Both the position numbers and the translations under genes were made by a program. From NCBI RefSeq assembly GCF_009914755.1, contig NC_060929.1: a stretch of 64,000 bases of DNA. One strand, written 5' to 3'. The notes beneath the pieces were generated by a model, which had not been told where the DNA came from, did no database searches, and saw only the letters and a list, made by a program, of their open reading frames with translations. How positions within the stretch are numbered: the first letter of the stretch is position 1; every line of letters starts with the position of its first letter. Below, in pieces: positions 1 through 15,361 of this stretch. The DNA comes from the human T2T-CHM13v2.0 reference genome, Homo sapiens.

Positions 1-999
1 TGAATATGCCAAAACTGAAGATGTAGTCTTCAGCCTTCCAGGACCAGAACTCAATTTATCAGTACATGTCTTTAGGTTGGACTCATATAAACCAGGCTCA
101 AGAATGCCAGTTTATGGCTTCAAAGTCTCTTCATTGCTGGACCTTCCCTGATCTTCTTGACTAAATGTTGGCATGCCCCTGACTCACTCTCAAACCTTTA
201 CTCTTTACGCTATATTGTCACTCCATGGATAGGCTCCTGGTTGCAAATACCGTCTACAACTTAACTCTCAAATTGGTGTCTCCAATCCTGTCTTCTCCCT
301 TGATTTCTAGTTTTTTATATCTAGATTCCTACCTGACATGTCCACTTAGAAATCTGACATCTTACCTCAAAAATAGCCAAAGTCCAACTTTTTACACCCC
401 GCTAGTTTATTCCTTGTTTACTCCAGCCTATCTGCCTCCTTGCCTTTCCTTCAGTACACCAGGACTTTCCTCCCTTGGACTGTTCCCCCCCTGGATATTG
501 TATAGCTCACTCCCTAACCCATCAAATACCTCCTCAGAGTGGGCTTCTCTGACCTCAAGCTCCACTAATGTCTGTTGTGTTCACACTACCAACTTGATGG
601 GCTCCCTACCCAAAGTTTGGGTAGACTGATGTTATACATGCATCAAGAGAATACAAAAAGGTTAACTACTGACAGACCCTTCTGAGGAGAGAAGCAAAGA
701 GTTCCAAGCATGTCCAAAAATGGCTGGAGAGCAGGGGAAAAGACTGGTTCAACTTTTATTTGATAAAGGAGCATCACTAGGGTGAAAGTTCCTGGGCATT
801 TAGGCCTGTATATGTTGATCTGAACATACAGCTGGTGCCCAAAGAAAGAGCACTGGGCATTCTCATCAGCTTGCTGAAGAGGAAAGGATAGTGGTGCGGT
901 GTGAAAGCTGTGAGCAGTCACGCATGAAGAATGGAGATGGACACTGGATTATGAGGTCTGTCTTCTTCATGAAAGTGTCTTCTTTCACTGCTTTATGTT

Positions 1000-1170
1000 T
1001 CTTCCTAGAGCTTATAATTCCATTACATATTTTATATATAACCTCTTTCTTTATCTCTCTTAATCTTCTTCCCTCCACTATTGCATAAGTTCCATTATGT
1101 ATTATTATATCCTTAGTGCCTAGAATGGTGCCTGACACATAGTAGATCCTCAACAAAATTTGTTAATATT
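1000..1170 (+). mobile_element. L2 LINE 3' end fragment (more degraded L2 likely across 1-640)
   Basis: ccttagtgcctagaatggtgcctgacacatagtagatcctcaacaaaatttgttaa resembles the L2 3' terminus. Confidence 0.6.
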
Positions 1171-3189
1171 TAAACAAAAGAGAGTAGCAAATAGAACAAG
1201 TCCAGTTGCTGGGATACTTGTGTGCTCATGACCAACATAATCTTTCCCTAGTCTCAGACCTGCAAGGAAAGCTAAATTCTACAGAACGTTGGTGTTTCTG
1301 GAGGGGACAAAGTCCAACAAGGGAATTTGGATAAATCAAAGTTTCTATCGTTGCAGGCAGGGAGTTGGGACTCTGATGCATTCAGGTCACTGCAGAAATG
1401 ACCTTGCTAATGGGACCCTGCACTTTTTGGAACGTTTCATTAATGAGCGCTAGTAGTTGTAGCTCAGGTGACAGTTTTTCTGAGTTTCTAGGAAAAATCA
1501 ACCTCCCTTCACATCTACGCATCCTTTTCTTAGGTGATTTAACACAGTTATTCAAGTTAGAGCCAAGTCTTGCAGACCGTTGGAGCTAGTCTTTCTCTAC
1601 AAGGTGCCTTTGAATGTTCTGGGTCTGAGGCATTTGCTTTCCCTCCACTGTTCTCCCACGTGCTGCAGGATAGAAAGCAGCTATTCAGAGTAAGTAGTCT
1701 GTAAGTAGCAGTTCCTATCCCTGTACTATTATGTCTGGAAAATGAGTTTGAAGTAAGCCGACTTTGTGCTGTAACACTTGAAATCACAGAAGTCTTTTCA
1801 AACTATCTTTTGTGCCTTAAAATCTTTGTTAAACTGATGGCTGTCATCTCTGAAACCACGGCCCACCCAAACTCAGGCTTGAGTTAAAGGCAACATTGAA
1901 AAGATTTTCAGGGGCAGCTGGAACCTGTGCTGTCTTGACCTTGTAGGCCACTCATTTTAAATACTACCAAATCCTTTCTTAAAAGAAGTGCATACTCTCT
2001 CCCCACACCACTCCTTTCCTGCTTCAGTAAAAGAAAATCTGTTCTTCTGCCCCAGTTTATGCCTATTTTTCTGCCCCAGTTCTCCGACATCCTGTTCGCA
2101 TTTAGTGTTACTTCTTACTGGCTCTGCAATAGCCATTTGACTTGGTGTCTATATTGTTTCAGTGTATAATATTGGAGTGTCTGTGAAGAAAGCAAACTGT
2201 TGGAATGTTTTATCTTTCTTATTATTACATAAGGTGTGTTGGTGTGACACATGTATATATATAATTGTGAGCAGGTTTTAGGAAAAAGAAGTCTTATAAT
2301 CCCTAACATATGTTTATATTTTAGGTGATCTTTTAGGAGTTAGATCATGCTTTTATGCATTAAATGGTTAGTTATCTAAAGCTGAAGGCAGAAATGATTT
2401 GCTTCTTTGTTTTCATGATGAATTTGTTTCTTTTGTGTCTCTCCACCTATCAACAAACATTCTTTTGTTTCATGAAAAATTAAGGTTGATATAAAATTAC
2501 CTGTATTTAAACAGAGCTTGAGAGGTTCACTTTTCTTAGGCATATAAAGAGGTTATTCAGCCTGAGTATGTTAGAGATTCTCTAAGTAGGAATAACCACA
2601 TGTTTTGGAAGAAAGAGGCTTTGTTTTTAGAAAGGCATTGTTAGAGGCCTGAGTATTTCGGGAAATGAATAAATAAATTCTTGACCTTGTAGGAGGTACC
2701 TACAGTTCAACTTACTGTGCAGCAGCTCAGCAGACACTGCTGGGAAAACATCTCTCAAATAACCTTTTGAAGAAACCAGAGTTTTGGTTCAAGTTGATGT
2801 GACTACTTTATTGGTATCATCACATCAATTTGATGAATGGTCCTGAAAGCTAGAGGGAAATATCTATTGAAATCCAAGACCTTGGGATGTCTGTATTAAA
2901 AGCTCTGGGCCACTAAGCAAGTTCTCTTAAATTTTAAAAGGAATTTTAAGTAGTTAACGATGAAATGAGCATTTTCTACATGTTTGAATGTGGCTTACTC
3001 AATGTGTGTATGCAAACATATAAGCATCTGACAAATAAAACTGAAATATTCCAGTACTTTTTCAGCTTCATTGAGTAAAGAACAAAACCACTGAATTAGA
3101 AACTCATGTTTTGATGACTTCCTATTACTGAAACCATGGGAACAGGATCGGTAAATAGAGCATGGGCTTTTGAGGCTTTGTAAAGCTGG

Positions 3190-3352
3190 TTTCCTCCCCA
3201 CTCCCTCCATTGTTCCCTCTCTTGTTCCTTCCCTCTCTTGTTCCTTCCCTCTCTCGTTCCTTCCCTCTCTCGTTCCCTGGTTCCCTCCCTCTCTCCCACC
3301 CTCCCTCACTCCCTCCCTTCCTTTCTTCCTTCGTTCCTTCGTTCCTTCCTTC
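3190..3352. repeat. Polypyrimidine/polypurine simple repeat (CCTT/CCCT/CTCT)n
   Basis: Directly visible; explains the E/G/R-rich and P/S/L-rich ORFs here. Confidence 0.9.
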
Positions 3353-3989
3353 CATAAATGTGTTGTGAACACTTCTTATGCACCAGGTCCTATTGCAGGC
3401 CATGCTCTAGGTAATGAGGTACAGCAGAGGACAGAGCAGACAACAATCCCTGCCTTTATAGAGCTTACATTTTAATGAGTTCAAATTATCTCTGTATCTT
3501 ATGTGAACTTGGATCTGAACTTCATTTCTCCATATGCAAAATGAGAATAATTCTTCTTCTTTTATAGGGTTATTGTGGTGATTAACATGAGACAATACAA
3601 TACTTTGATATGGGGGCTCAAGCATGTTCTCTCTTTGTTTCGCCTGACCTGGCAGCCCACATGGGTTTTGCTGCTGTCCTGCATTCTCTGTATTTGTCCT
3701 CTTTCTTGCTGTTTCTCTACTTTGGTTTTTGAGTGTATCTGTGGGTCTCAGTGCCTTTATTTCTATGTGCACCCGAGTCTTCTTATTTGTGTGCTTTGGC
3801 ATGTGTGTCTCTCTCACTGTGTCTTTCTTTTTATATGCCTCTGTATGTCTAGTTTGTGTCTTTCTTTTTTGATCTGTGTGTGTGCGTGTGCCTGTGCACG
3901 AGAGAGAGAGAGAGCAAGAGAGAATCTGTGTGCATACATCTCTGTCTCTGCATTTTTCTCTCTTACAGTGTGGGTTTCTCTCTGTCTCT

Positions 3990-4920
<931 letters not shown>

Positions 4921-6227
4921 TGGATCGGTACATGAATGTGTGTGAGTGTCTCTCTATGTTCCTCTCACAGTGTGAGTCCCTCTGTCTCTGTGTGTGTCTT
5001 ACTGTGTTTAGGTTTCTATAATGTCAGTTTGACTCTGTCTTTTTTTCTGTTTTGTTCATTCATATTCTTGCTCTTGCCTGCCCTTTCTCCCCTTGCTCCC
5101 TAGCTCTGACTCTGTCTGGCTCTGTCTCTCACCTTTTTCTCTTGTTCTGTGAGTCTCTCTTGCTTTCTTTCTCTCTGAGTCTCTCACTTTCACTCTCTGT
5201 CTTTCCTGCTTTTCGTCAGTCTTTCACGCTCTCTCTGTCTCTTTGTCACTTCATATCTTTCACTTGTGTGAGTGTGTAGGTAGGTTTTTGTGTATTCATT
5301 TATTTAATTGTGCTCATTATGTTTATGCATGTCCTCTCATTCCTATCCCAATATAGCTTAGATATTCGGTGATATTTAGGTAGCAATCTCATATCTCAAG
5401 AAGAATAAAAAGGAATAGAGATTTATTCTAAAGAAGCCATAAGGGGATTTATGGATTGAGAAGTGGAGTTTTAAAAATTACAGATGGATATTACCAAGAT
5501 TTGGTTGTATCTTAGGTGACGTACCACTAATTTCACAGTATCTCAAAACTGTCCAGTATAAAACCAAATATAATTAACAACCATCAGGCCCTCATCTCTA
5601 TGTCTAGATAGTCCAGGGTCACTTTTTAAAGCTCTCTTTGCTGATCTTGATGATTTTTCTTCTTCAATGGTTGTCATTCTGTTGAGCCTGCTATTCTATT
5701 TCCTTGACTACAATCTAGGTTCTCATCATCATCACCCACATCATCTTTTGCCTGAACTACTTCAGGTGCTATCCCTGGCCCCGCTAACTTTCCATCCATC
5801 ATGCCAGGTGGGGGCAGGTTATTGTTCCATCATCTTTCTCTCCTTGATGCCCTCCACTGGCTTCCAGTTTTCTTCCAGGGTTCACCAATAGAGTTTCACA
5901 ACATAAACAGCTGTTTTTTTTTAAAGGCTCACCTGACCAATATTTTGCCCACCTACCACTATGCCCAATGTGTATAGGAAGCCATGCTTTTGAATGCTCT
6001 GACTAGGCGATTTTCTCCACTACAAATATTAACTCCCAGTTATTTCTAATGGGATAAAGCCCTTTCCTGAGAAGGAAACATAAAAGGAAAACACATGGGA
6101 ATCTGGATAAGGAAACTTTATAAACCAATATTTGTAGCACCAATGTATTGTCCAGTTAACCAGACGATGCTTAACTTGTTTTAATACTAAGAAGTTTTTG
6201 CTATTTTGACTTTGTATCATTTAGGAA

Positions 6228-6770
<543 letters not shown>

Positions 6771-6839
6771 AATTTAGACTTTATGATAATATCTTATTAT
6801 GTATTCCATATAGGTAAAATTTTCATTCCTGTGCACACT

Positions 6840-7158
6840 GTTTTTTTTTTTTTTTTTTTTTTTTTGAGACGGAGTCTCGCTGTGTTGCCCAGACTGGAGT
6901 GCAGTTGTGTGATCTTGGCTCACTGCAAGCTCCACCTCCTCCGTTCACGCCATTCTCCCGCCTCAGCCTCCCGAGTAGCTGGCACTACAGGCGCCAGCCG
7001 CCGCGCCAGCTGCCGTGCCCGCCTAATTTTTTGTATTTTTAGTAGAGACGGGGTTTCACCGTGTTAGCCAGGATGGTCTCGATCTCCTGACCTCGTGATC
7101 TGCCCGCCTCGGTCTCCCAAAGTGCTGGGATTACAGGCATGAGCCACCGCGCCCAGCC
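6840..7158 (-). mobile_element. AluY with internal 12-bp duplication
   Basis: polyT, AluY diagnostics; gcgccagccgcc/gcgccagctgcc tandem at 6991-7014. Confidence 0.92.
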
Positions 7159-7213
7159 ACTCGTTTTTTAAAGCTTTTTTTCTCTCTCACCTTTCATATA
7201 TGTATATATGCAT

Positions 7214-7215
<2 letters not shown>

Positions 7216-7256
<41 letters not shown>

Positions 7257-7271
7257 GTGTGTCTGTGTGTG
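7216..7271. repeat. (TG)n microsatellite
   Basis: About 20 perfect GT units plus a degenerate extension. Confidence 0.95.
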
Positions 7272-7939
7272 AGTGCCAAAAATATAACTTTTGGGCTTTC
7301 TACAGGGTTTCATATAATTTGTCATTATTATAATAAATAAAGGAATCATATTATTTTCATTTACATAAAATTCCATGCTCATAATTTGAATCAAGAAAAC
7401 CAAAACCTGAAACATGTTACTGGTAACTTTCAAGAAATATCTCAATAATCTGTAAAATAACAACAGTAATTTATATCACGTATTTTATGTAAATTATGTC
7501 ATTTATGTTTAACTCTTTTGTAAGTGTCATGTTTAGATTCTTAGTTACCATTTAAAACAAGATTTTAGAGAATTGTTTTAAAGTATTTTGTGTATGTGTG
7601 CTTACTGAATCAGCTTAAAGATGTTTGTAAAATTTTAGACTTTTATTAATTGAAGACCTTTTATTTGTAAATCTTATCTAAAGTGCAGTTGAATAGATTT
7701 AAAATTAAACTTTCATGAAATCTGAATTGACCATCATTATGTACAGCAAAAAATATTATATCCTTGTCATAAAGTTAATTCTAGATAAATGTAATAGGTA
7801 AATGTAAAGAGATAAGAAGAAAATAATATATAGATTTTTTTGCTTATAGGATGGGAAAGAAAATTTTAAATCACATATTAATTTGAAATATTAATAAGAG
7901 CAGAGAATGATCCATTTAATTATTAAAAACATTGAATGT

Positions 7940-8236
7940 GGCTGGGCACAATCCACCTGTAATCCCAGCACTTTGGGAGGCCGAGGCGGGTGGATCACAA
8001 GGTCAGGAGTTCAGGACCAGCCTGGCCAAGATGGTGAAACCCCATCTCTACTAAAAATACAAAAATTAGCCAGGTGTGGTGGCACGTACCTGTAATCTCA
8101 GCTACTTGGGAGGCTGGAGCAGATAATTGCTTAAACCCGGGAGGCGGAGGTTGCAGTGAGCTGAGATCATGCCACTGCACTCCAGCCTGGGCGACAGAGC
8201 GAGACTCAGTCTTAAAAAAAAAAAAAAAAAAAAAAA
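7940..8236 (+). mobile_element. AluS
   Basis: Dimeric Alu with polyA tail and a small 5' deletion. Confidence 0.92.
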
Positions 8237-9636
8237 TATAATGTTAAAAATAAAAATCAAATTAAAAGAAACAAATGCTCGTAACTATTTTAAAAAGTGT
8301 TAATCTTCTTAATACACTATTAAATGACAAGCATTCAACTTGGTTAAAAATAAAAAGAAATTAAACACAATATATTTTCTTATCAAATTGTCATTTTAAA
8401 TTAAATGAAATGTCATATTTCTAAGAATTCTTCATTGAAGAGGTATCCATCTCCCTCTCCTCAATAAGATATAAATTTTTAGCCAACAATTTGGTAACAT
8501 ATCCATAAAAATATTTACAACTATTGGCTTCTTCCAGGGATCTGTCCTAATGAGATGCAAAAATTTATAGATAAGATATTCACTCTACTATCTATAATGA
8601 TGAACATTTAAGAACAATGTAGCAGTTCAAAAACAGGTGATGAAGGGGTAAATTGTGGTATAATTATATGATAATCAAAAGCATGGAACATCATATATTT
8701 GAATGATAACAATTTGGAATAATGTCCAGAATTTATTAATAAATTAGAATATATGGCCATATTATGGTGATTATAACTTTTAATGTATATATAGATATGT
8801 TACATAATATTTATATAGTGAGATTATATATTATTTCATTTTTTATTTTTCTGTATTCTCTAAATGTTGTATGATATGATATGTGTATATTTCAACATCA
8901 AAAGAAATACACATTTTCTTTTCCCACATAACACTAAACAATAGATCAATTGATGTTTCCTCATACCTTTCAAAGCATGGTCTTCTGGGTTTTCTTTAAA
9001 GGAAAGAAAAATTTTTTAAAAAGAGATCTTGGACATTAGAGAAATGAATTTGATATTTTGGGACAAAAGTCTTGATCCTAGTTTAGAAAATGTGATTCTC
9101 TGTATCAACTGAATTTCTTAGGATGATTGTTTTTATTTAGTAAGCTTGTATAGCTATAGCCCACACAAGTTAAAGCCTGTGGAATTTGGTTTATAAACCA
9201 CCTTCATATTGGATTTCAGAGAATGCCAAGGCATCTTATAAATGATGATACTTGCTAAAACTCATCTCATACCTGAAAAGCTTCCAAGCATTATACCATA
9301 TAAAAGATTGTTCTCTATTCAAGCAAAATAAGTCCTAAGATTTGCAATGCTGCTGTTTGACGCAGGAAAATGGCAGTGGAAAATCCAAGAGCTAGTTCCA
9401 TGCCAGGCAGGCAAAATCTGCCATGCCCATAGGAGGCGGGAACTAGAACAGAACTGCTGTGGGTTATATTTACTGTGAGAAAAGAACCCTCTGTCTTGAA
9501 AGGAGCTGCAGATGGAGTCTTTTCTCCATTTGCAGAATAATTACCTTAAACCTCATTTATGTAGGTCTAAGGAAATCAACAAGTGAGAGCGTTTCACATA
9601 ATTCCACATCTTGGCTATCTTATTATTTTCAATTGA

Positions 9637-9930
9637 TTTTTTTTTTTTTTTTTTTTTGAGATAGAGTCCCTCTGTTACCCAGGCTGGAGTGCAGTGGTGC
9701 AATCTTGGCTCGTTGCAACCTCCTCCTCCCGGGTTCAAGCAATTCTCCTGACTCAGCCTCCTGAGTAGCTGGGACTACAGGTACCCACTACCACGCCCAA
9801 CTAATTTTTGTATTTTTAGTGGAGGCAGGGTTTCTCCATATTGGCCAGGCTGGTCTCATACTCCTGACCTCAGGTCATCCGCCTGCCTTGGCCTCCCAAA
9901 GTGCTGAGGTGTGAGCCACCATGCCCAGCC
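9637..9930 (-). mobile_element. AluS
   Basis: polyT plus Alu body; TSD tcaattga. Confidence 0.92.
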
Positions 9931-10430
9931 TCAATTGAATTTTTAAAAATCAAAACAGTACTTTTACACAGTTATAAAAATGAAATAGTACTCTTAGGAT
10001 AAGAAATATCTCTGCATTATCAGTACTTGATCTCTAGAAGTAAGCATCTTTAATTCTTCTAGGACATTTTTAGTTATTACTTATCTCCATATTTCTCAGT
10101 AAAATATGTATTCTACTATTTCTTGATTTTTCAGTTTTAACTGTCGTCTACCTGGCTTCCTACTCACATACTCACTATCCACACACATATCTTCTCTCTC
10201 TGTGACACCAATAAAATTATGATAGTTTAAAAATATGTTTATAACCAGTTTTTAAAGTATTGTAAAGAAGTGACAATATATAAATTTTATTCATAGCTGA
10301 GACATACTGTATTTATTTCATTACAACTTTTCTCTTTTCATTCCTTATAAATAATAATTGTCCCATTTTTATATTTTAAATTTAGCTTTCTAATGTCTAT
10401 CACAAATCCATCTCAAACTCCCCATCATAG

Positions 10431-10746
<316 letters not shown>

Positions 10747-10849
10747 GCTAACATTTCTTAATAAGATTTAATAACATGTTACGTGTTTTTAATAAATCGT
10801 ATTTTTTAAAGGCGTCCCTGCTAACGTGCTGAATCAGTGAGTCACTGTC

Positions 10850-13800
10850 CTCCCAAATGTGAACAAGATTCTGATTTCTCCCAGTATAAATTAGTTTTGC
10901 TTGTTTCCCAAAAACAGAATCTAAATGAAATTATATATATGCATTCTTTTGACCTTGCTTCTTTGACTCAGTCAGCACTATGTCAATGAGATTCATCTTT
11001 GTTTTGAGGTATAGCAGTAGTTCATTCTCTCTCATCACTTTAGAGTTATGGTAGGCAAAAAAAATACAAATTACAAATTAAAAATTAAAAAATGGCCCCT
11101 TCAAATATGTCCATGCCCTAATTCCTGGAATGCGTGAATATGTGTGCAGTAGAAACATTGGCAAAAGGGATTTTGCAGATGTGATTACAGTTACAGAGCT
11201 TAAAATAGGAAGATTATCCTGGTGGATACAATATAATCGTATCAGACTTTAAAGCAGATGATTTTCTCTGGCTGCAAGCAAGGAAGACTCAGCATAGGGG
11301 AAGTTGGAGATTTGGAAAATGACAGGAACTCAATGTGTCATTTGTTGTTCTCATATATAGAGGCCTATGTGGAAGAACTGGAGAGAGGCCTCTATGATCT
11401 AAGAGCAGCCCCCAGCTGATAGCCAGCAAAGAAAAGAGAGTCTTAGTCCTACACCCTCCAGAAACTTGATTCTGTCAAGAACCTGCATGAGCTTGGAAGC
11501 AGATACTTCCAAGAGTCTCAGTCCTACACCCTCCAGAAACTTGATTCTGTCAAGAACCTGCATGAGCTTGGAAGGAGATACTTCCAAGAGTCTCCCAATA
11601 AGACCCTAGCCAGTCAACACTTTCATTTCAGTTTTGTGAGTCCTGAATCACACAAACCAGTTAAGTTGATGTGGACTTTTGACCTACGGACACTGTGAGA
11701 TAGTAACTTGACATTGTTTGAAGGGCCTAGGTTTATGGAAATTTGTATGGCAGCAATAGAAAACTAATAGAAGACTATTCCATTATGTTACTATAACACA
11801 ACATTTAAAATATATCTATTTTACTATTGATGGATTTGGATTGCTTTCAATTGAGACTTAATATGATTAATGATGCTAGGAACATTCTTATATGTGTCTT
11901 TTGGCAGATTTATGTATTTATCTTGGTAGATAATTAGGAGTGGAATGGGTAGGTTGTATTTTATGCATATTTCAGCATTAGTAGATATTGCTAATCAAAG
12001 TGGCAGCAGTAATAGGCACTCCTGCCCATGGTCTATGACAGTCCCATTTGTTCCATGTCCTTGCCAACACTTGTTGGAAAATTTATAGTGCTATGCTAAA
12101 GAAGAAATCATAATGTTTGTAAATGTTTGTTGCTACTTCATGGTGTTTTGATTTGTAGTTCTCTGATGATGAATGATGTTGAGCATATTCTCATATACTT
12201 ACTGGATGCTTGGAGGTATTCTTTGAGAAGTACCTGCTCAACACTTTGTCAGTCATTCAAGCAGTCCATAAGCAACACCATAGCTGCTTGACTGGCTCAC
12301 CATATTTCCATAAAACTGGTTAGTAAGGAAAGAATGAACTTAAATAGATTTATGCAGCACAAAAAGCATCATAACCTTCTGTTCACATCTCATGTCCACA
12401 ACAGTTCCCTCTCCCCACACATCCTATGGGGAATGCAGAGGTGGGCCTAGGTGGATGCTACATCTGTAGCATAGGTCTGTGCCTCAGCTGAGAACACGGC
12501 CCTTAGGAGCTTCCCAGTCATTTAAGGGGCTACTGATAAACCTGCCCTTTCTTTATATCTGAGAAAGAGTTAATAAAGATATGCAAGTAAATCTTCTTGT
12601 ATGTAAACAAATTTTCTCCCGGAAGAGGAGGGAGACTTTACTATCATGGAAGGTAAATAAATTTTCTCTGTGACCCAAAAACCATCTCTAGCTTCCAAGC
12701 CTGTTTGCCACACAAATACCCTTGAAAAGATACATATAGATATAGATATATCTATATATGGTTACATAAATATACATATATTATAGTTTGGTGTAAGTAT
12801 ATGCACATACATACGTGTATTATATAAATATATATCAAACTATTTATACATATATACTTTTATAATATAAAAATACGTATTTTTACTGTATTGCTTTTGC
12901 TGCATAGCATAATTTTTATTCTGTCTTATTTTTCTTATACAGTTCAAAATACTTTTTAAATTTTCATTGTAATTTTTTTTTCTTTTACCCATGGGTTGTT
13001 TAAAGGTGTATTATTATTATGCAAACATTTGGAGATTTTCTAGTTTTCTTTTTTGTAATTGATCTGTGGTTTAATTTTATTGTGGTCAGAGAACATAGTT
13101 TGAATGAAGCTTAATGCTTTGAATTTGGCTTAGACTTGCTGTAAGACTCAACAAATGATCGATCTATTTTGATAAATGTTTCATGGCCACTTGAAAAAAA
13201 ATGTGTACTCTTCAGTACCTTGTTACACTGTTCTGTATACATAAATTAGGTCAAGTTGGTTAGTTTTCTTTAAACTTCCATGTTCTTATGATTTTTTTCC
13301 CGCTTATTCTATCAGTACCAGAGAGAGAAGTTAAAAATATCTCAGTCTATTTTAGCTCTGTCCATTTTTGCTTTATATATTTGACTATGTTGTTAGGTAA
13401 ATAGAAATTTAAGGTTGCTATCCATACAGTGAATTGACCCCTTTATTATTATTAACTATCCCTCTTTATCTCCAGAAATGTTGCTTTACTTAAGGTCTAC
13501 TTTGTCTGATATTAGTATAGTTATACTAGCTTCCTCTTGGGTGATGATTGTATGGCTTACCTTTTTCCATCCAACTACTTTCAATTTTGGGCTTATGTAA
13601 TATTTAAGATGTATTTTTCATAAACAGGATATAGTTGAGTTTTATATTTTTATGCATTCTAAAAGTTTTTTTTTCCATGATTACATATTTAGTCCATTTA
13701 CATTTTATGTACTTATGATATATTTGCTTTTATAGCTTCTATCTTGCTATTTTTTCTTGTTGTCTCATCTGTTATTTGTTCCCTTTCCCCCTTAATCTTC

Positions 13801-14640
13801 TTTTGAAATAATATTTTTATTATTAGTTTTCAGTGATTAGCCCTTTAGTTATACATCCTTTTATATTTGTTTTATTTATTTAAGTATTTTTCTTTGAGTA
13901 ATTACCTGGAAGGATACAAGATTAATTCTTAACTTACCACATTCTATCTTCAAATAGCATATTTTCCACTTCTTTATAATGCAAGAACTTTGTAACACTT
14001 CTCTTTTCTGGTCCTCTTCATTCCTTCCTGCTTTTTGTTTCTTTGCTCCTGTATAATATTGTTTTCTTTGGTGCTAAGAACTGCCTTTAGTGTTCCATCT
14101 GTACCGTTCTACTAAAAACAAAATTTTCCATTTTTATTTGTGTGAAAACATGTTTTTCCTTTAGTTTTGAATAATTCTTTAGCTGAGTATAGAATGCTAG
14201 GTTGACAATTATTTTCTTGTACTAGCTTTAAAATATTATATTGTCTTCCAGGCTTACGGTCATTGTTGAAATGTCAGCCATAAATATTCATGTTGCCCCT
14301 TTGGAAATGATGTTTCTATTTCTTTCTGGCTGCTTTTAAAATTCTCCCTCTCTTTTTAATTTTTATATATTTTTTCTTCTTAGCAATTTTGCCAGAAAAT
14401 GTCCAACTGTATTTCCCTGCTATTTAACCTGTCTGAGGTTTTAGGTTTTATTTATTTATTTTTTCATGGCTTCATGTCTTTCTATCACTTTTGGAAAATT
14501 CTCAGTTAAAATCTCTTCAGAATTGCCTCTTCTCCATTCATTTTATTATTCTATAGGGCTCCACTTGTAGGTATTTTTGGCATGTTCTTTGCGTCTCATA
14601 TGTCTTTTACTTCCTTTTACATATTTTTATTCTTTAAAAA
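10850..14640 (-). mobile_element. Old L1M (antisense to the gene), fragmented and interrupted by an MLT1 LTR and other inserts
   Basis: T-rich antisense L1-like segments (gagattcatc...tattccatt...; tgtggtcagagaacatag; tttgtctgatattagtatag; gagtatagaatgctaggttgaca). Confidence 0.7.
11047..11771 (+). mobile_element. MLT1 (ERVL-MaLR) solo LTR
   Basis: aaatggcccc...gcaaaagggattttgcagatgtgatta...gcagcaatagaaaactaata; imperfect 5-bp TSD agagt/agact. Confidence 0.85.
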
Positions 14641-14947
14641 ATTAATTCTTTAATCATCATATTTCAGAATGAGGCACTAAATGCCTGATGGCACATGGCT
14701 GGGATTTGTCAACAAAAGGCTCAGATTCTAGGGTGACTAAGTGAGGATCCAGACATTTTATTGAGATACTTCCAGAAGTCAGTATCTTTTCTCTTGGACT
14801 GACCAGTTTCCTTGATAGTAACTGAACAGTTTCCTGCTCTGGTATATGATTTGGGGTATCGGAATTCTGATACTAGAGCAGGAAAAGAGTTTAGTGATCT
14901 CATCTTTTAGTATGTAGACTTTCATTTAACCCTCCTGTTTTCAGTAG

Positions 14948-15361
14948 TGTTAACTTGAAATAAAAATTACATAATAGAGATGCATCTCTAAGCAAAGAGC
15001 TTATTTGGAAACAAAAAATTGCAATTCGGGACACATAGACCAGCGTAGCCTCTAGGTGTGTCTGAAGAACAAAAGGAAAGGCTGGGGTTTTATTGGGAAA
15101 ATGAACAAAGTTATGTAAGCTGTTTTGAAGGAAGTTTCATTGGTGATGGCAGTGTCTTATGGGAGCTGGCGAGTTCTGAGTGTCAACAGTTACCAGGTAA
15201 GACTTAAAGTTATGGTTAGGTCTTTGTGCTTTTGTGTTTGAATTACAAAAACATTTTCTGGAACAGGTATGCATGACCTGGGTGCCTTTCTTCATGGCCT
15301 CCAAATCCATTTTAGTTTGGTATGACGTGAAGGACTCTATTTTGTAAAATTAATTTTCACA
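14948..15361. mobile_element. Solo LTR, ERV1-class-like
   Basis: TG...CA termini (tgttaacttgaaa...aattttcaca) with an imperfect 4-bp TSD gtag/gtaa. Confidence 0.55.

Noticed and set aside
225-629. 134-aa ORF
   Set aside because: S/L/P-rich translation of degraded L2-like sequence, with no recognisable domain or splice support.
11399-11587. ORF with a 25-aa direct repeat
   Set aside because: A by-product of the 75-bp DNA duplication in an MLT1 LTR; no evidence of coding.
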